A stretch of 64,000 nt of DNA. Origin: an uncultured Gammaproteobacteria bacterium (lineage in GTDB: Bacteria > Patescibacteriota > Patescibacteriia > UBA1558 > S5-K13). The notes under the pieces are model-generated. The model was not told the origin of the DNA. It searched no databases and worked only from the letters and a program-made list of their open reading frames with translations. The translations under genes and the position numbers were made by a program. The DNA is taken from positions 76,769 to 140,768 of the forward strand of contig CAYRHT010000004.1 in assembly GCA_964424195.1 (NCBI GenBank). Direction: 5' to 3'. Shown here piece after piece: positions 18,886 to 28,642 of this stretch. The stretch's first letter is position 1; each line of letters opens with the position of its first letter.

Positions 18886-19053
18886 AGTATGTATATTCTA
18901 ACAGAAAAGAATTTCTAGACAAGTCTTTTATATACAGTTTATGCACTTCTTTTAAACATAGAGGAAGTATTGATTTTTTGTGAGATATATGTTATATTCT
19001 ACATAGTAAAAATACAATAAATTGTATTTTTTGTTATAATACATATAGATTAT

Positions 19054-19129
19054 GCGCCGTTAGCTCAGTTGGTAGAGCAGCAGCCTTTTAAGCTGATGGT
19101 CGCAGGTTCGAATCCTGCACGGCGTACCA
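19054..19129 (+). tRNA. tRNA-Lys (anticodon UUU), CCA-encoded
   Basis: 76 nt; near-identical D- and T-arms to E. coli tRNA-Lys; anticodon loop CUUUUAA; TATAAT 14 nt upstream (19036-19041). Confidence 0.9.
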
Positions 19130-19164
19130 CTTAAATATCTAGGAATAGGTATTTTTTTGTTTGA

Positions 19165-19210
19165 ATTAAAAAACCGCGAAAAGTATGAAACTTTCCACGG
19201 TTTGTTTTTA
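19165..19210. terminator. Bidirectional terminator hairpin
   Basis: aaaccgcg...cacggttt hairpin (19170-19203) flanked by T-runs on both strands. Confidence 0.5.
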
Positions 19211-19215
19211 AAGCA

Positions 19216-19479
19216 CTATCTATTGAATGGTCCACATTCTTCGATATGACCTCTTAGTTTTGCGAAAGTATTAACTAAGATAGGAACTGTGAAATATAAT
19301 CCACACTTACTACAAACATATCTATTATAAGCTGGAGCAGTATGATATTTATGAAAGAAACCACCACAATGTTTATGTTTTGTTAAGTGACTATCTAATG
19401 GATCATTTTCGTCATTAACATCTTTGTTTATTAGAGTCTCATCAAAAGGTGTTAATACAACTTCTATACCTTTTTCCAT
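19216..19479 (-). CDS. Small Cys/His-rich (putative Zn-binding) protein, unknown function
   Basis: 87 aa; AGGAGG SD 6 nt upstream; immediately downstream of RND pump gene. Confidence 0.5.
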   Translation of the reverse strand: MEKGIEVVLTPFDETLINKDVNDENDPLDSHLTKHKHCGGFFHKYHTAPAYNRYVCSKCGLYFTVPILVNTFAKLRGHIEECGPFNR

Positions 19480-19519
19480 TTTTCCTCCTAATTTTGTATC
19501 GAGCTAAACTCGAGTGTTT

Positions 19520-22500
19520 TTATTTATTTAAATCTAATTTCAACTGTTTCTTTTTAATTATTTTCTTTACTAAGAATTTAATTAATCTAATTATTTTCTT
19601 TAAAAGTGGTTTACGTTCTTCTTTCTCACCTTCTAACATTACATAAAGAGCAGGAACAACTACTAAAGTTAAAACAGTAGCAAAGGTTAATCCAAAGATA
19701 ATTGAATAACTTAATCCAGCCCAGAAGGGATCAGCAAATGCTAAAGGTAATAATCCAATAACAGTAGTTACGGTTGTTAGAATGATTGGTTGTAATCTAG
19801 ACATGGCTGCTTCATGAATTGCGGGAATAAATTCCATCTTAGTTTTTCGAATGTTGTAATTAATTCGAGAAATTAAAACAATGGCATCATTAACCACAAT
19901 ACCTACTAAGGATATTACCCCAATAAAGGCTGAAATGCTAAAGTTTAATCGTAATATTGTTAATCCGAAGACAACTCCAATTAAAGAGAGTGGTAGAGTG
20001 AACATAATGATTAGAGGTTGCTTGAAAGAGTTGAATTGTAGAACTAAAATAGTAATAATCAAAAGTACAGCTACAATCAAAGTAGTAAACATCTCTTGAA
20101 ATGATTTTTCAATATCTTCTTGCTCTCCACCATATTCGATAAAGTAATTTTTTGGTAATTCGTAAGTTTCTAATTTAGTAGCTAGTTCTTTAAAGGTTTT
20201 AGTAGCGTTATATCCATTCTTCAAAGAAGAGGAGACTCTAATAACTCGTTCTGAATTTTGATGTTGAATTGAAGATACACTTGGTTCAAACCCTATATTT
20301 GAGATAGCTGAAAGAGATATTTGTCCTTTAGGAGAAGATATTAAAATATTCTTTACATCTTCAATATTATCAAAATTATCTTCATCATATTTAACTTGAA
20401 TTTTAATATCTTTTCCTTCTTTAGTAACTTCTGAGGCAGTAGTTCCATAGACTATTTGTCTTAAAGACATGGCTACTTGAGCTACACTTAGATTATAGTA
20501 GCTTAATTTGTTTTGATCTAAGTTGATGACAAATTGTCCAGTAGTATTTTCTAAATCTGTTTCAATATCAATAGGACCATCTATTCCTTCTAAGAATACT
20601 TGAATATCACCAGCTATCTTATTTAGTTCATTTAAATCATCACCAGTAACTCGGACTTCAATTGGAGAGCCAGCTGGAGGACCACCAGCCATTGGTGGAA
20701 TAGTAATCTTAATATCATCTTTATTATATTGTTCAAAGTAATCTCGAGCTTCTTGAGCTAATTCATTACTTGTTTTTTCTCGATCATCTGGATCAATTAA
20801 ATTAACAGTGATATTGGCTAAATGAGTTTTAGTAGAACCACTATCCCAACCCCAACCCTGAGAAGAACCAATGACCATCACATAGTTTTCACATTCTTCA
20901 ATAGATCGAACATATTCTTCAATAGGTTTCATTCTTTCTTCAGTTGTTTCAATGACTGTTCCGTTTGGTGTTTCGATGTTTACAAAAAAGTAATCAAAAT
21001 CAAACTCAGGGAACATTTCTACTTTCATTAATCCAATAATTGGAAAGAGAACAGAGATAACAAATAATCCAATGAATGACCAGATAAGAGTTCTACGATA
21101 TTTTTTACTAGGCAATAGTTTTTTTAATAATATTTCATATTTAGCCTTAACTGGAACTAAAAGTCTTTCTAAAAGAGGAACCTTTGGATTTATAATCTTC
21201 ATTAACTTAGATTTTTGATGAGGCTCATCAGCTTTATCATGTCTATTTTTCTTTCTTCTTAAAATTCGAGAAGCTAGCATCGGTAGGATTGTGAGAGAGA
21301 TGAATAAAGAAGAAGCTAGAGTAAAGAGAATTGTTAAAGGTATATATTTTAAATATTCTCCCATTATTCCAGAAATTAAAAGCATGGGAACAAAGGCAGA
21401 TATAGTAGTCATTGTTCCAGAAATTAAAGCTAATTTAAAAGTAGCTAGAGAGTGCAGAGCAGCATTAAGGGCAGTCATTCCCTTATGCTCCATAGCTTCA
21501 AATATTCCTTCCATAATTACAATGGAAGTATCAACCAGAAGTCCCAGAGATAGTACTAATGAAAAAGTGGTCATACTGTTTAAAGTAAAACCAATTACTT
21601 TCATAAAAAAGAATGATGATAGGAATGCTAGAGGAATTACAAAAACTGCTAAACTGGATTCTTTCCAACCCATAGCAATAAATATAATTAAAATGATTAA
21701 AAAGATTGTTTGAACAGCACTTTTACCTAAAGTATTTAAATCTTTTTCAACATAAACAGAGTTATCATTAGTAATCTTGATGTTTAGATCTTCTGGCACT
21801 CTTTTGTTATCTTTTAATTTATTTACTTCTTGTTTAGCACTTTCTACTATTTTTAAAATATTACCACCTGTTTTTTTATAAACTTGAATAGATATTGTAT
21901 TTTGAGGTTCACCACCAGCAACAGATAATCGAGAGATGGTAGTCTTATCTTTAAAGGTATCTTTAATCTCAGCAATATCTTTTAAATAAATAGGCTGGTC
22001 TTGATTGTAGGTAATGATTAGGTTTTTTAGAGGTTCAATTTCTGTAAAACGACCCTCAGTTCTTAAGCTATATTTATAGCCATCAATTTCAATATTACCT
22101 AAAGGCATATCAATATTTGAAGCAGCAATTATATTACTAACCATTGAGATATCTAAACCATATCCTTGTATTTTTTGTTGATCAATTGTAATTTGATATT
22201 CCTTTTTTAATTCACCAAGAATAGGAGCTTTGGATACTCCAGGGATGTTTTCCAATTTATCTTGCATTAAGTCAGCGTATTCTTGTAATTGAGAATTATT
22301 ATAGTTTCCAAATAAAGAAAAAGTAATTAGAGGAAAATCATTAGCTCTAATTTCAGTAACAATTGGATCTTCTGCTTCATCTGGTAATCTAGGTTTAGCA
22401 GTGTCAACAGCATCACGAAGATTTCGCATAGCTTCTTTCATGTCTACTTCTGGATCAAATTGAACAAAGATAGAAGAGAAGCCAATATTAGAACTAGAAG

Positions 22501-22807
22501 TCATCTCATCTAGATTTTCTAAATTATCTATTTCAGATTCTAATTTATTAGTAATTAAATATTCAATATCTTCTGGAGCAGCTCCAGTATACATTGTATT
22601 TACAACCGCAAAAGGGATTTTAACTTCTGGATCTGATTCTCGGGGTAGAGTAGCTAAACTCATTATTCCGAATAGGAAGATAGCTCCAATGATTAAATAG
22701 GAGAAACGAAAATGTTTAATAAAAAAACCAAAGAAAGAATTAGTACTTTCTAATTCATATTTCTTCTCTGCTTCATTAGAAAAATTAGGAGTGTTATTTA
22801 ATTCCAT
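19520..22807 (-). CDS. RND-superfamily efflux transporter permease (AcrB-like)
   Basis: 1095 aa, 12-TM architecture with two large loops, AcrB-family similarity. Confidence 0.9.
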   Translation of the reverse strand: MELNNTPNFSNEAEKKYELESTNSFFGFFIKHFRFSYLIIGAIFLFGIMSLATLPRESDPEVKIPFAVVNTMYTGAAPEDIEYLITNKLESEIDNLENLDEMTSSSNIGFSSIFVQFDPEVDMKEAMRNLRDAVDTAKPRLPDEAEDPIVTEIRANDFPLITFSLFGNYNNSQLQEYADLMQDKLENIPGVSKAPILGELKKEYQITIDQQKIQGYGLDISMVSNIIAASNIDMPLGNIEIDGYKYSLRTEGRFTEIEPLKNLIITYNQDQPIYLKDIAEIKDTFKDKTTISRLSVAGGEPQNTISIQVYKKTGGNILKIVESAKQEVNKLKDNKRVPEDLNIKITNDNSVYVEKDLNTLGKSAVQTIFLIILIIFIAMGWKESSLAVFVIPLAFLSSFFFMKVIGFTLNSMTTFSLVLSLGLLVDTSIVIMEGIFEAMEHKGMTALNAALHSLATFKLALISGTMTTISAFVPMLLISGIMGEYLKYIPLTILFTLASSLFISLTILPMLASRILRRKKNRHDKADEPHQKSKLMKIINPKVPLLERLLVPVKAKYEILLKKLLPSKKYRRTLIWSFIGLFVISVLFPIIGLMKVEMFPEFDFDYFFVNIETPNGTVIETTEERMKPIEEYVRSIEECENYVMVIGSSQGWGWDSGSTKTHLANITVNLIDPDDREKTSNELAQEARDYFEQYNKDDIKITIPPMAGGPPAGSPIEVRVTGDDLNELNKIAGDIQVFLEGIDGPIDIETDLENTTGQFVINLDQNKLSYYNLSVAQVAMSLRQIVYGTTASEVTKEGKDIKIQVKYDEDNFDNIEDVKNILISSPKGQISLSAISNIGFEPSVSSIQHQNSERVIRVSSSLKNGYNATKTFKELATKLETYELPKNYFIEYGGEQEDIEKSFQEMFTTLIVAVLLIITILVLQFNSFKQPLIIMFTLPLSLIGVVFGLTILRLNFSISAFIGVISLVGIVVNDAIVLISRINYNIRKTKMEFIPAIHEAAMSRLQPIILTTVTTVIGLLPLAFADPFWAGLSYSIIFGLTFATVLTLVVVPALYVMLEGEKEERKPLLKKIIRLIKFLVKKIIKKKQLKLDLNK

Positions 22808-22819
22808 TTTATATTTTTA

Positions 22820-24517
22820 TTAATAATCAGAAATTTCAACTTCTGTGCCTTCGTTTAATAATTTAGCATTTTCAATAGCTATTTGTTCACCCTCTTCTAG
22901 ACCATTACTAATAACTATTTTATCATTAATGATTTGGAGGTATTCAACTATTCTATTAACTATCTTATTATCTTCAATTATTTTTACAGTAGCTGTGTCC
23001 TGTTCTAGGTCTACTGCTTTCAAAGGAATAATATAGATGTTTTCTTGTTCAGCTAATTTACTTAAAGGAATTTGGACATCAGCAAAGGATTCTGGTATTA
23101 AATCTAAATTACTATTATTATATCCTATTTCAATAGTTACTTTTTTACTAACTGGATCAGCAATTGGATTAATTTTACTTAAAGTTCCAGGGAAAATGTT
23201 ATTAATCATTACTTCATCACCAAGAGTTAGGAAACTAACATTTTCAGCTGGAATTGATGTTTCTATTTTAACATGGTTAACAACAGATATTTCAAATAAT
23301 CCTTGGCCAGCATTTACTTCATCACCAATTTCAACCATCTTGTTGGAAATTACTCCAGTGAAAGGAGCAATAATATTTTGTCTAGATTTACTAATTCCAA
23401 CTAGATCTAAATTAGTCTGAGCAGATTGTAAAGAATTCTCTGCTCCACTGATTGCTAGAATCTTTCCTTGGTTAGCATTAGCTAGGGCTGTTTCAGCACT
23501 AGTTAATCCAATTTGAGATAATCTAAGGGCACTATTGATTTGATCTAATAGACCTCTATTAACTAATCTTATACTTTCTATTCCTTGAAGAGTTGTATTA
23601 GCATAACTTAGGTTTGTAGAAACTGTATTTTGATAACTAATAGTACTATTAGTTAAAGTAGATAAAGAAGTTTGATTAAAATCAGAAGAAATTATAGTAG
23701 AGTACATTCCTAAGAGAATTGTATCAATTAAAGATTTAGAGTCTCCTAAGAGCATAATTGTTTCACTAAGAACTTCTTCTATATTATTTTTATTAATTTC
23801 TTGATTATATATTTCTTCATAATCATTTTTCAATCTTTGATATGAAGATTTAGCTTGGTTTTTGTAGCTAAAATTCCGAGCTGAGAATACATTTTCTAAA
23901 CCACTATAAATTACTTGATGATCTACTCCTAAAATACCATCAGCAAAATCTAAAGTATTATAAACATTATTTAAATATCCTTCATTACTAATAATAGAGT
24001 TATTCAAGGTGTCATTTAATGATTTAGTAGTACTTTCAATAGTATCAGTATGAGTAGATTCAGCTAATTGTAGAGATTCTTGAGCTTGTTCTAAAGCTAA
24101 TTTAGCCTGAGTTAGAGTTTCTTCAGCACTAATTAAGCTACTATTGTAGGAATTAAGAGCTGTATTGTAGGAATTAAGAGCTGAAGAATAATTAGTTTCA
24201 GTTCTGGCATCAAAGAGGTAGGCCAATGATTGACCAATTAGTAATTCATCTCCTTGTTCAGCTAGAATGTTAGTTACTGTTCCACCAGTTAGAGCTTTAA
24301 TAACTACAGATTTTAGAGGTTTAATAGTTCCAGTAATTTCCATCATTACTGTTTCACTTTGTTTAGAAACAGTCATAACTTGGATTTTAGGTTTAATAGT
24401 TTCAATTACCTCTTTATCAGTATCCTTGTTAGAACAAGCAGTTAAAGAGAATAACAAAACTAAGGTCATTAGAATAGCGACTTGTTTTCGGTATTTATTG
24501 ATCATATATTTAATCAT
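22820..24517 (-). CDS. Efflux adaptor / membrane-fusion protein (HlyD-like) lipoprotein
   Basis: Lipobox LTAC, long coiled-coil, C-terminal beta-barrel block IIAPFTGVIS...VEIGDEV; upstream of RND gene. Confidence 0.8.
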   Translation of the reverse strand: MIKYMINKYRKQVAILMTLVLLFSLTACSNKDTDKEVIETIKPKIQVMTVSKQSETVMMEITGTIKPLKSVVIKALTGGTVTNILAEQGDELLIGQSLAYLFDARTETNYSSALNSYNTALNSYNSSLISAEETLTQAKLALEQAQESLQLAESTHTDTIESTTKSLNDTLNNSIISNEGYLNNVYNTLDFADGILGVDHQVIYSGLENVFSARNFSYKNQAKSSYQRLKNDYEEIYNQEINKNNIEEVLSETIMLLGDSKSLIDTILLGMYSTIISSDFNQTSLSTLTNSTISYQNTVSTNLSYANTTLQGIESIRLVNRGLLDQINSALRLSQIGLTSAETALANANQGKILAISGAENSLQSAQTNLDLVGISKSRQNIIAPFTGVISNKMVEIGDEVNAGQGLFEISVVNHVKIETSIPAENVSFLTLGDEVMINNIFPGTLSKINPIADPVSKKVTIEIGYNNSNLDLIPESFADVQIPLSKLAEQENIYIIPLKAVDLEQDTATVKIIEDNKIVNRIVEYLQIINDKIVISNGLEEGEQIAIENAKLLNEGTEVEISDY

Positions 24518-24595
24518 TTTAATTATAATAATTAGGTTATTTTAGCTTAAATAAGGGAAAAGTCAAGGGTTTTTAGAATTTGATTATTCAAAAAA

Positions 24596-24632
24596 GACTT
24601 TAATAAATTAAAGCCTTTTTATTAATCTTTAT
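24596..24632 (-). terminator. Probable terminator after CorC-like gene
   Basis: Minus-strand hairpin aaggctttaa/ttaaagtctt plus T-run. Confidence 0.4.
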
Positions 24633-24638
24633 AATAAT

Positions 24639-25664
24639 TTAATCATCACTTTCATCAGCAATATCACCAACTATTTCTTCTAAAATATCCTCTAGGGTTA
24701 TAAGTCCTAATATTTGACCATCTTTTCTAGTAACTAATGAGATATGGCTATTACTCTTAATCATTTTCTTGAAAGTAGAGTTTATCTTTTTGTGTTCGTC
24801 AGTATTAATTAAAGCTTGAACATATTTTTCTAAAGTGTTCTCTCTTTCATCACTATTTAGAATCTTCATAATATCTTTAATATGAACATAACCAATAATA
24901 TTGTCTTTGTTATTCTTGTAGACTGGATATCGACTATGTTGCTCGTGAGCCATATAGTAAGCAACTTGATCAACTTCAGCATCATGATTAACAGAATTAA
25001 CTTTGTAAAAAGGAGTCATTACTTCTTTGACTGTTTTGTCATTAAAGTTAAGAATATTCATAATCATTTCATGTTCTTTGAATTCAATGGTTCCACTTTC
25101 TACAGCCATTCTACTCATAGCTTTAAATTCAGTTTCTGAAACAATTTCAGCTTTACTATTGGTTAAAAGATTTAATATTTTTTCTAAGATCCAAATTATT
25201 GGATAAAGGATTATTTCTAAACTATAAACAAGGGGGGCAAATCTTAAAGCTATTTTTTCAGCATTAATTTGGAAATAGGCTTTAGGCCACATTTCACCAA
25301 AGATTAAAATTAAAAGAGTGACAACTCCAGTTGCTATTCCAATAGCAGCAGAGCCAAACCTTTCTTGAATCCAAACAGTAGTTAAGGCAGCAGTAAAAAC
25401 ATTTACTAAGTTATTACCTAATAATATTACAACTAAAAGTTTATTCTTTTTGTTTAATAATTTTTCTACTAACTTAGCATTTTTCTTTTCTTCTTCAACT
25501 AAAGCTTTAACTTTGGCAGAGGAGAGAGAAAAAAGAGCAATTTCCATTCCAGAGAACCAGGCTGAGAGAGTTAGTAAGATAACTAAATACAATAACATCA
25601 TAATTGATTTGGTTATTTTTAATCTATATATGTATATAGTATAAAAAATAGAGGGATAAGGCAA
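24639..25664 (-). CDS. CNNM/CorC-family transporter (DUF21 + CBS pair); likely start at internal Met (25601)
   Basis: DUF21 4-TM region followed by tandem CBS domains. Confidence 0.85.
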   Translation of the reverse strand: MPYPSIFYTIYIYRLKITKSIMMLLYLVILLTLSAWFSGMEIALFSLSSAKVKALVEEEKKNAKLVEKLLNKKNKLLVVILLGNNLVNVFTAALTTVWIQERFGSAAIGIATGVVTLLILIFGEMWPKAYFQINAEKIALRFAPLVYSLEIILYPIIWILEKILNLLTNSKAEIVSETEFKAMSRMAVESGTIEFKEHEMIMNILNFNDKTVKEVMTPFYKVNSVNHDAEVDQVAYYMAHEQHSRYPVYKNNKDNIIGYVHIKDIMKILNSDERENTLEKYVQALINTDEHKKINSTFKKMIKSNSHISLVTRKDGQILGLITLEDILEEIVGDIADESDD

Positions 25665-25665
25665 T

Positions 25666-28380
25666 TTGTATTTTCATGTTTTGATAATTATTTGTTATAA
25701 TTCAAACATGAAAAAGAATTATTATCATCAAACAGTAAAAGCAGTTATCTCTGAACTTAAATCAAGTACTGAAGGTTTGAGTACTAAAGAGGTGAAGAAG
25801 AAAAAGCTTAAATATGGTTTGAATAAATTAATTGAACAAAAGAAAGTTTCTAAATTCTTTATTTTCCTCAGTCAATTTCATAGCATTCTAATTTATGTTT
25901 TAATCTTAGCTTCAGGGATTTCTTTTTTATTCCATGAATATATTGATGCTGTTGTAATTATGGCAGCTGTTTTTTTAAATGCTTTAATTGGTTACTTTCA
26001 AGAGAATAAAGCTAATAGTGATTTATCTAAATTAAGAACATATATTAAAAGGGAAGTGTTTGTAAGGAGAGATGGAAAGCAATTTTTAATTGATGTTCAG
26101 AATCTAGTTCCAGGGGATATAGTTTTGTTACAAGCTGGTTCTAGAATTTCAGCTGATGCTCGAATTATTGAATCCAATGAATTAAAAGTTGATGAATCAG
26201 TTTTAACTGGAGAATCTATTGCCGTGGACAAGAGTAGTCAGAAAGTTTCTGTGGGAGCTGCTACTGGAGACCGAAGCTCTATGGTCTATATGGGAACTAC
26301 AGTAGTTAAAGGAAATGCTGTAGCTATTGTTACTGCCACAGGAATGAAGACAGAGATAGGTAAAATTGCTGGTTATGTTAGTCAAACTAAAGATGAAGAT
26401 ACTCCTTTACAAATTAGATTAAAAAAATTAGGGAAGTTAATTGGAATAGTAGCAGTTGTTATTTGTTTAATTATTTTTGTTTTAGGAATACTCTTAGGTA
26501 GATCAACTTTAGAAATGTTTTTAATTAGTGTAGCTATTGCTGTGTCTTCTATTCCAGAAGGATTACCAGTAGCAATTACAGTAGTTCTAGCTATTGGAAT
26601 GCAAAGGATATTGAAAGAGAAATCTTTAGTTCGAAGATTAGTGGCTGCTGAAACCTTGGGTTCCACAACTGTAATTTGTACTGACAAGACTGGAACTTTA
26701 ACTCTGGGGAAGATGAAAATCTCTAGTGTTATCTTAGATAATGAAATTGTTGATTTATTCTCTAGAAAGAAAGAAGTTCCTCAGAGAGTAGAAGAGATTC
26801 TGCGAACCGGTTTGTTATGCAATGATGCTTTTTTTGAAAATAATTGTGTTTCAGAAGAATGCTTAAAAGAATGGAAAGTTTCTGGTTCACCTACTGATCA
26901 AGCCTTACTTTTGTCAGGAGTAGAATTGGGATTAGATTTAGACAAAGAACAAAAGAAATATTCTAGAATAGATGAAGTTACTTTTGATTCTTCTAAGAAG
27001 TATATGATGACTTTGCATAAGTATACTAATCTTAAGAGTGATGATCGGTTAATATTATGTAAAGGAGCTCCAGAAGTTGTTTTAGAACATTGTTCCTTTA
27101 TGGAGACAGCTCAAGGAGTTAAGAAACTTACAGAAAAGAAGAGAGAAGAGTTAAAAAAGATTGAGGATAAATTGACAGCTCAAGGTTTAAGATTATTAGC
27201 TGTTGCTCAAAGGAGAATAAATTCTAAACTTTTGAAAGAAAATTTAGATGATAATTTTGAAGCTTTAACTTTCCTTGGTTTTGTAACCTTGCGGGATCCT
27301 TTGAGAGAGACCTCTCGTCAAACTATTAAGACTTGTATGCAAGCTGGTATTCGACCAATAATTATTACTGGAGATCATAAATTAACTGCTCGAGCTATTG
27401 CTAATGAAGTAGGATTGAAAGTAGCAGCTGAAAATATTTTAGTGGGAAAAGATTTGGATAGTTTAAGTGACGATGATTTAAGAGAGAAAGTTAAAAAGGT
27501 TAGTCTTTATGCTCGAGTTAGTCCTCATCACAAGTTAAGAATTATTCAAGCTCTGCAGGAGAATAATGAAGTAGTAGCTATGGCGGGAGATGGTATTAAT
27601 GATGCTCCAGCAATTCAGATGGCTGATATTGGAATAGCTTTAGGTTCAGGAACAGATATTGCTAAAGAGACAGCAGAGATTGTTTTGTTAGAGAATAATT
27701 TCTCAGTAATTGTTCAAGCTATTAAACAAGGAAGAATTATTTTTGATAATCTGAGGAAGATAATTGTCTATCTCTTGTCAGATTCTTTCTCAGGGATGCT
27801 CTTGGTTGTTTCGGCGGTTATTCTGGGAATGCCTTTACCTTTGATTCCAGCTCAGATTTTGTGGATTAATATTGTAAATGACTCTTTGCCGAACTTTGCT
27901 TTAGCTTTTGAAAAGGGGGATAAGGATATTATGAAGCGGAAGCCTTTGAAAAAGAATGAACCAATTTTGAATAAGGAGATGAAGTTTTTAATTTTTGTGA
28001 TTGGAGTTTTTACTGATATTGGTATTTTATCCCTATTCATTTATCTCTTTAAAACAGGTTTAGACATTGAGCATATTCGAACATTTATGTTTGCTGCTTT
28101 AGGAATTGATTCTCTAATTTATGTATATTCTTGTAAGAACCTAAAGAGACAGATTTGGAATTACAAGTTGTTTGATAACAAACTTTTAATTATAGGAACA
28201 TTGATTAGTTTTGCAATGCTAATGGCTGGAATCTATCTTCCTTTCTTTCAAGGAGTCTTAAGAACAGTACCTCTAGGAGCAGAGGGTTGGTTAATTATGG
28301 CGGGAGTAGCTGTATTTGAAGTATTTTCTATTGAACTTGGTAAATGGTTATTTATTCATCGCTGGAGAAAGAAGAAATAG
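25666..28380 (+). CDS. P-type cation-transporting ATPase (P2-type; likely start at Met 25708)
   Basis: ICTDKTGTLT phosphorylation site, PEGLP, MAGDGINDAPA. Confidence 0.9.
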   Translation: MYFHVLIIICYNSNMKKNYYHQTVKAVISELKSSTEGLSTKEVKKKKLKYGLNKLIEQKKVSKFFIFLSQFHSILIYVLILASGISFLFHEYIDAVVIMAAVFLNALIGYFQENKANSDLSKLRTYIKREVFVRRDGKQFLIDVQNLVPGDIVLLQAGSRISADARIIESNELKVDESVLTGESIAVDKSSQKVSVGAATGDRSSMVYMGTTVVKGNAVAIVTATGMKTEIGKIAGYVSQTKDEDTPLQIRLKKLGKLIGIVAVVICLIIFVLGILLGRSTLEMFLISVAIAVSSIPEGLPVAITVVLAIGMQRILKEKSLVRRLVAAETLGSTTVICTDKTGTLTLGKMKISSVILDNEIVDLFSRKKEVPQRVEEILRTGLLCNDAFFENNCVSEECLKEWKVSGSPTDQALLLSGVELGLDLDKEQKKYSRIDEVTFDSSKKYMMTLHKYTNLKSDDRLILCKGAPEVVLEHCSFMETAQGVKKLTEKKREELKKIEDKLTAQGLRLLAVAQRRINSKLLKENLDDNFEALTFLGFVTLRDPLRETSRQTIKTCMQAGIRPIIITGDHKLTARAIANEVGLKVAAENILVGKDLDSLSDDDLREKVKKVSLYARVSPHHKLRIIQALQENNEVVAMAGDGINDAPAIQMADIGIALGSGTDIAKETAEIVLLENNFSVIVQAIKQGRIIFDNLRKIIVYLLSDSFSGMLLVVSAVILGMPLPLIPAQILWINIVNDSLPNFALAFEKGDKDIMKRKPLKKNEPILNKEMKFLIFVIGVFTDIGILSLFIYLFKTGLDIEHIRTFMFAALGIDSLIYVYSCKNLKRQIWNYKLFDNKLLIIGTLISFAMLMAGIYLPFFQGVLRTVPLGAEGWLIMAGVAVFEVFSIELGKWLFIHRWRKKK

Positions 28381-28440
28381 TTTTCTTTGAATATAGTAAA
28401 TCTCGTTGAAAGCGGGGTTTTTTTTGTTTCTTAATATGAG

Positions 28441-28468
28441 TTGACAAATCGTACCAATATGCTATAAT
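28441..28468 (+). promoter_or_regulatory. Consensus sigma70-type promoter
   Basis: TTGACA (28441-28446), 16-nt spacer, TATAAT (28463-28468). Confidence 0.65.
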
Positions 28469-28474
28469 AATCTA

Positions 28475-28642
28475 TTCTTCAAATACCAGAAGAATTGCGT
28501 TGGAAACGTAGAGGATAACCTAAAGGTCACTGGAAGTGACTGGTTATCGCTTGGGATGTGCCGGAGGCACAAGTATATTGTTCTTCAGGAGAAGTTATCA
28601 ATATACTAGCAGTTTAAAAAAACCAAGAAAAAAGGAGGAAAG
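28475..28642 (+). ncRNA. Structured GC-enriched 5' leader / candidate cis-regulatory RNA upstream of 28643 gene
   Basis: Several strong stem-loops (GGAUAACC...GGUUAUC enclosing GUCAC/GUGAC; UGUGCC-GGA-GGCACA; UAUAUUG...CAAUAUA); alternative UUCUUC/GAAGAA pairings; ends at AAGGAGG SD. Confidence 0.4.

Noticed and set aside
18886-19053. Possible small RNA or riboswitch between dnaB and tRNA-Lys
   Set aside because: Only a TATAAT and AT-rich sequence were evident; no convincing conserved structure.
25666-25707. Upstream ATG (25666) as start of the P-type ATPase, and 25664 as start of the CorC-like gene
   Set aside because: These would make the two divergent genes start 1 bp apart with odd hydrophobic N-termini (MYFHVLIIICYNSN..., MPYPSIFYTIYIYRL...); internal Met codons give canonical N-termini and leave a plausible shared promoter region.
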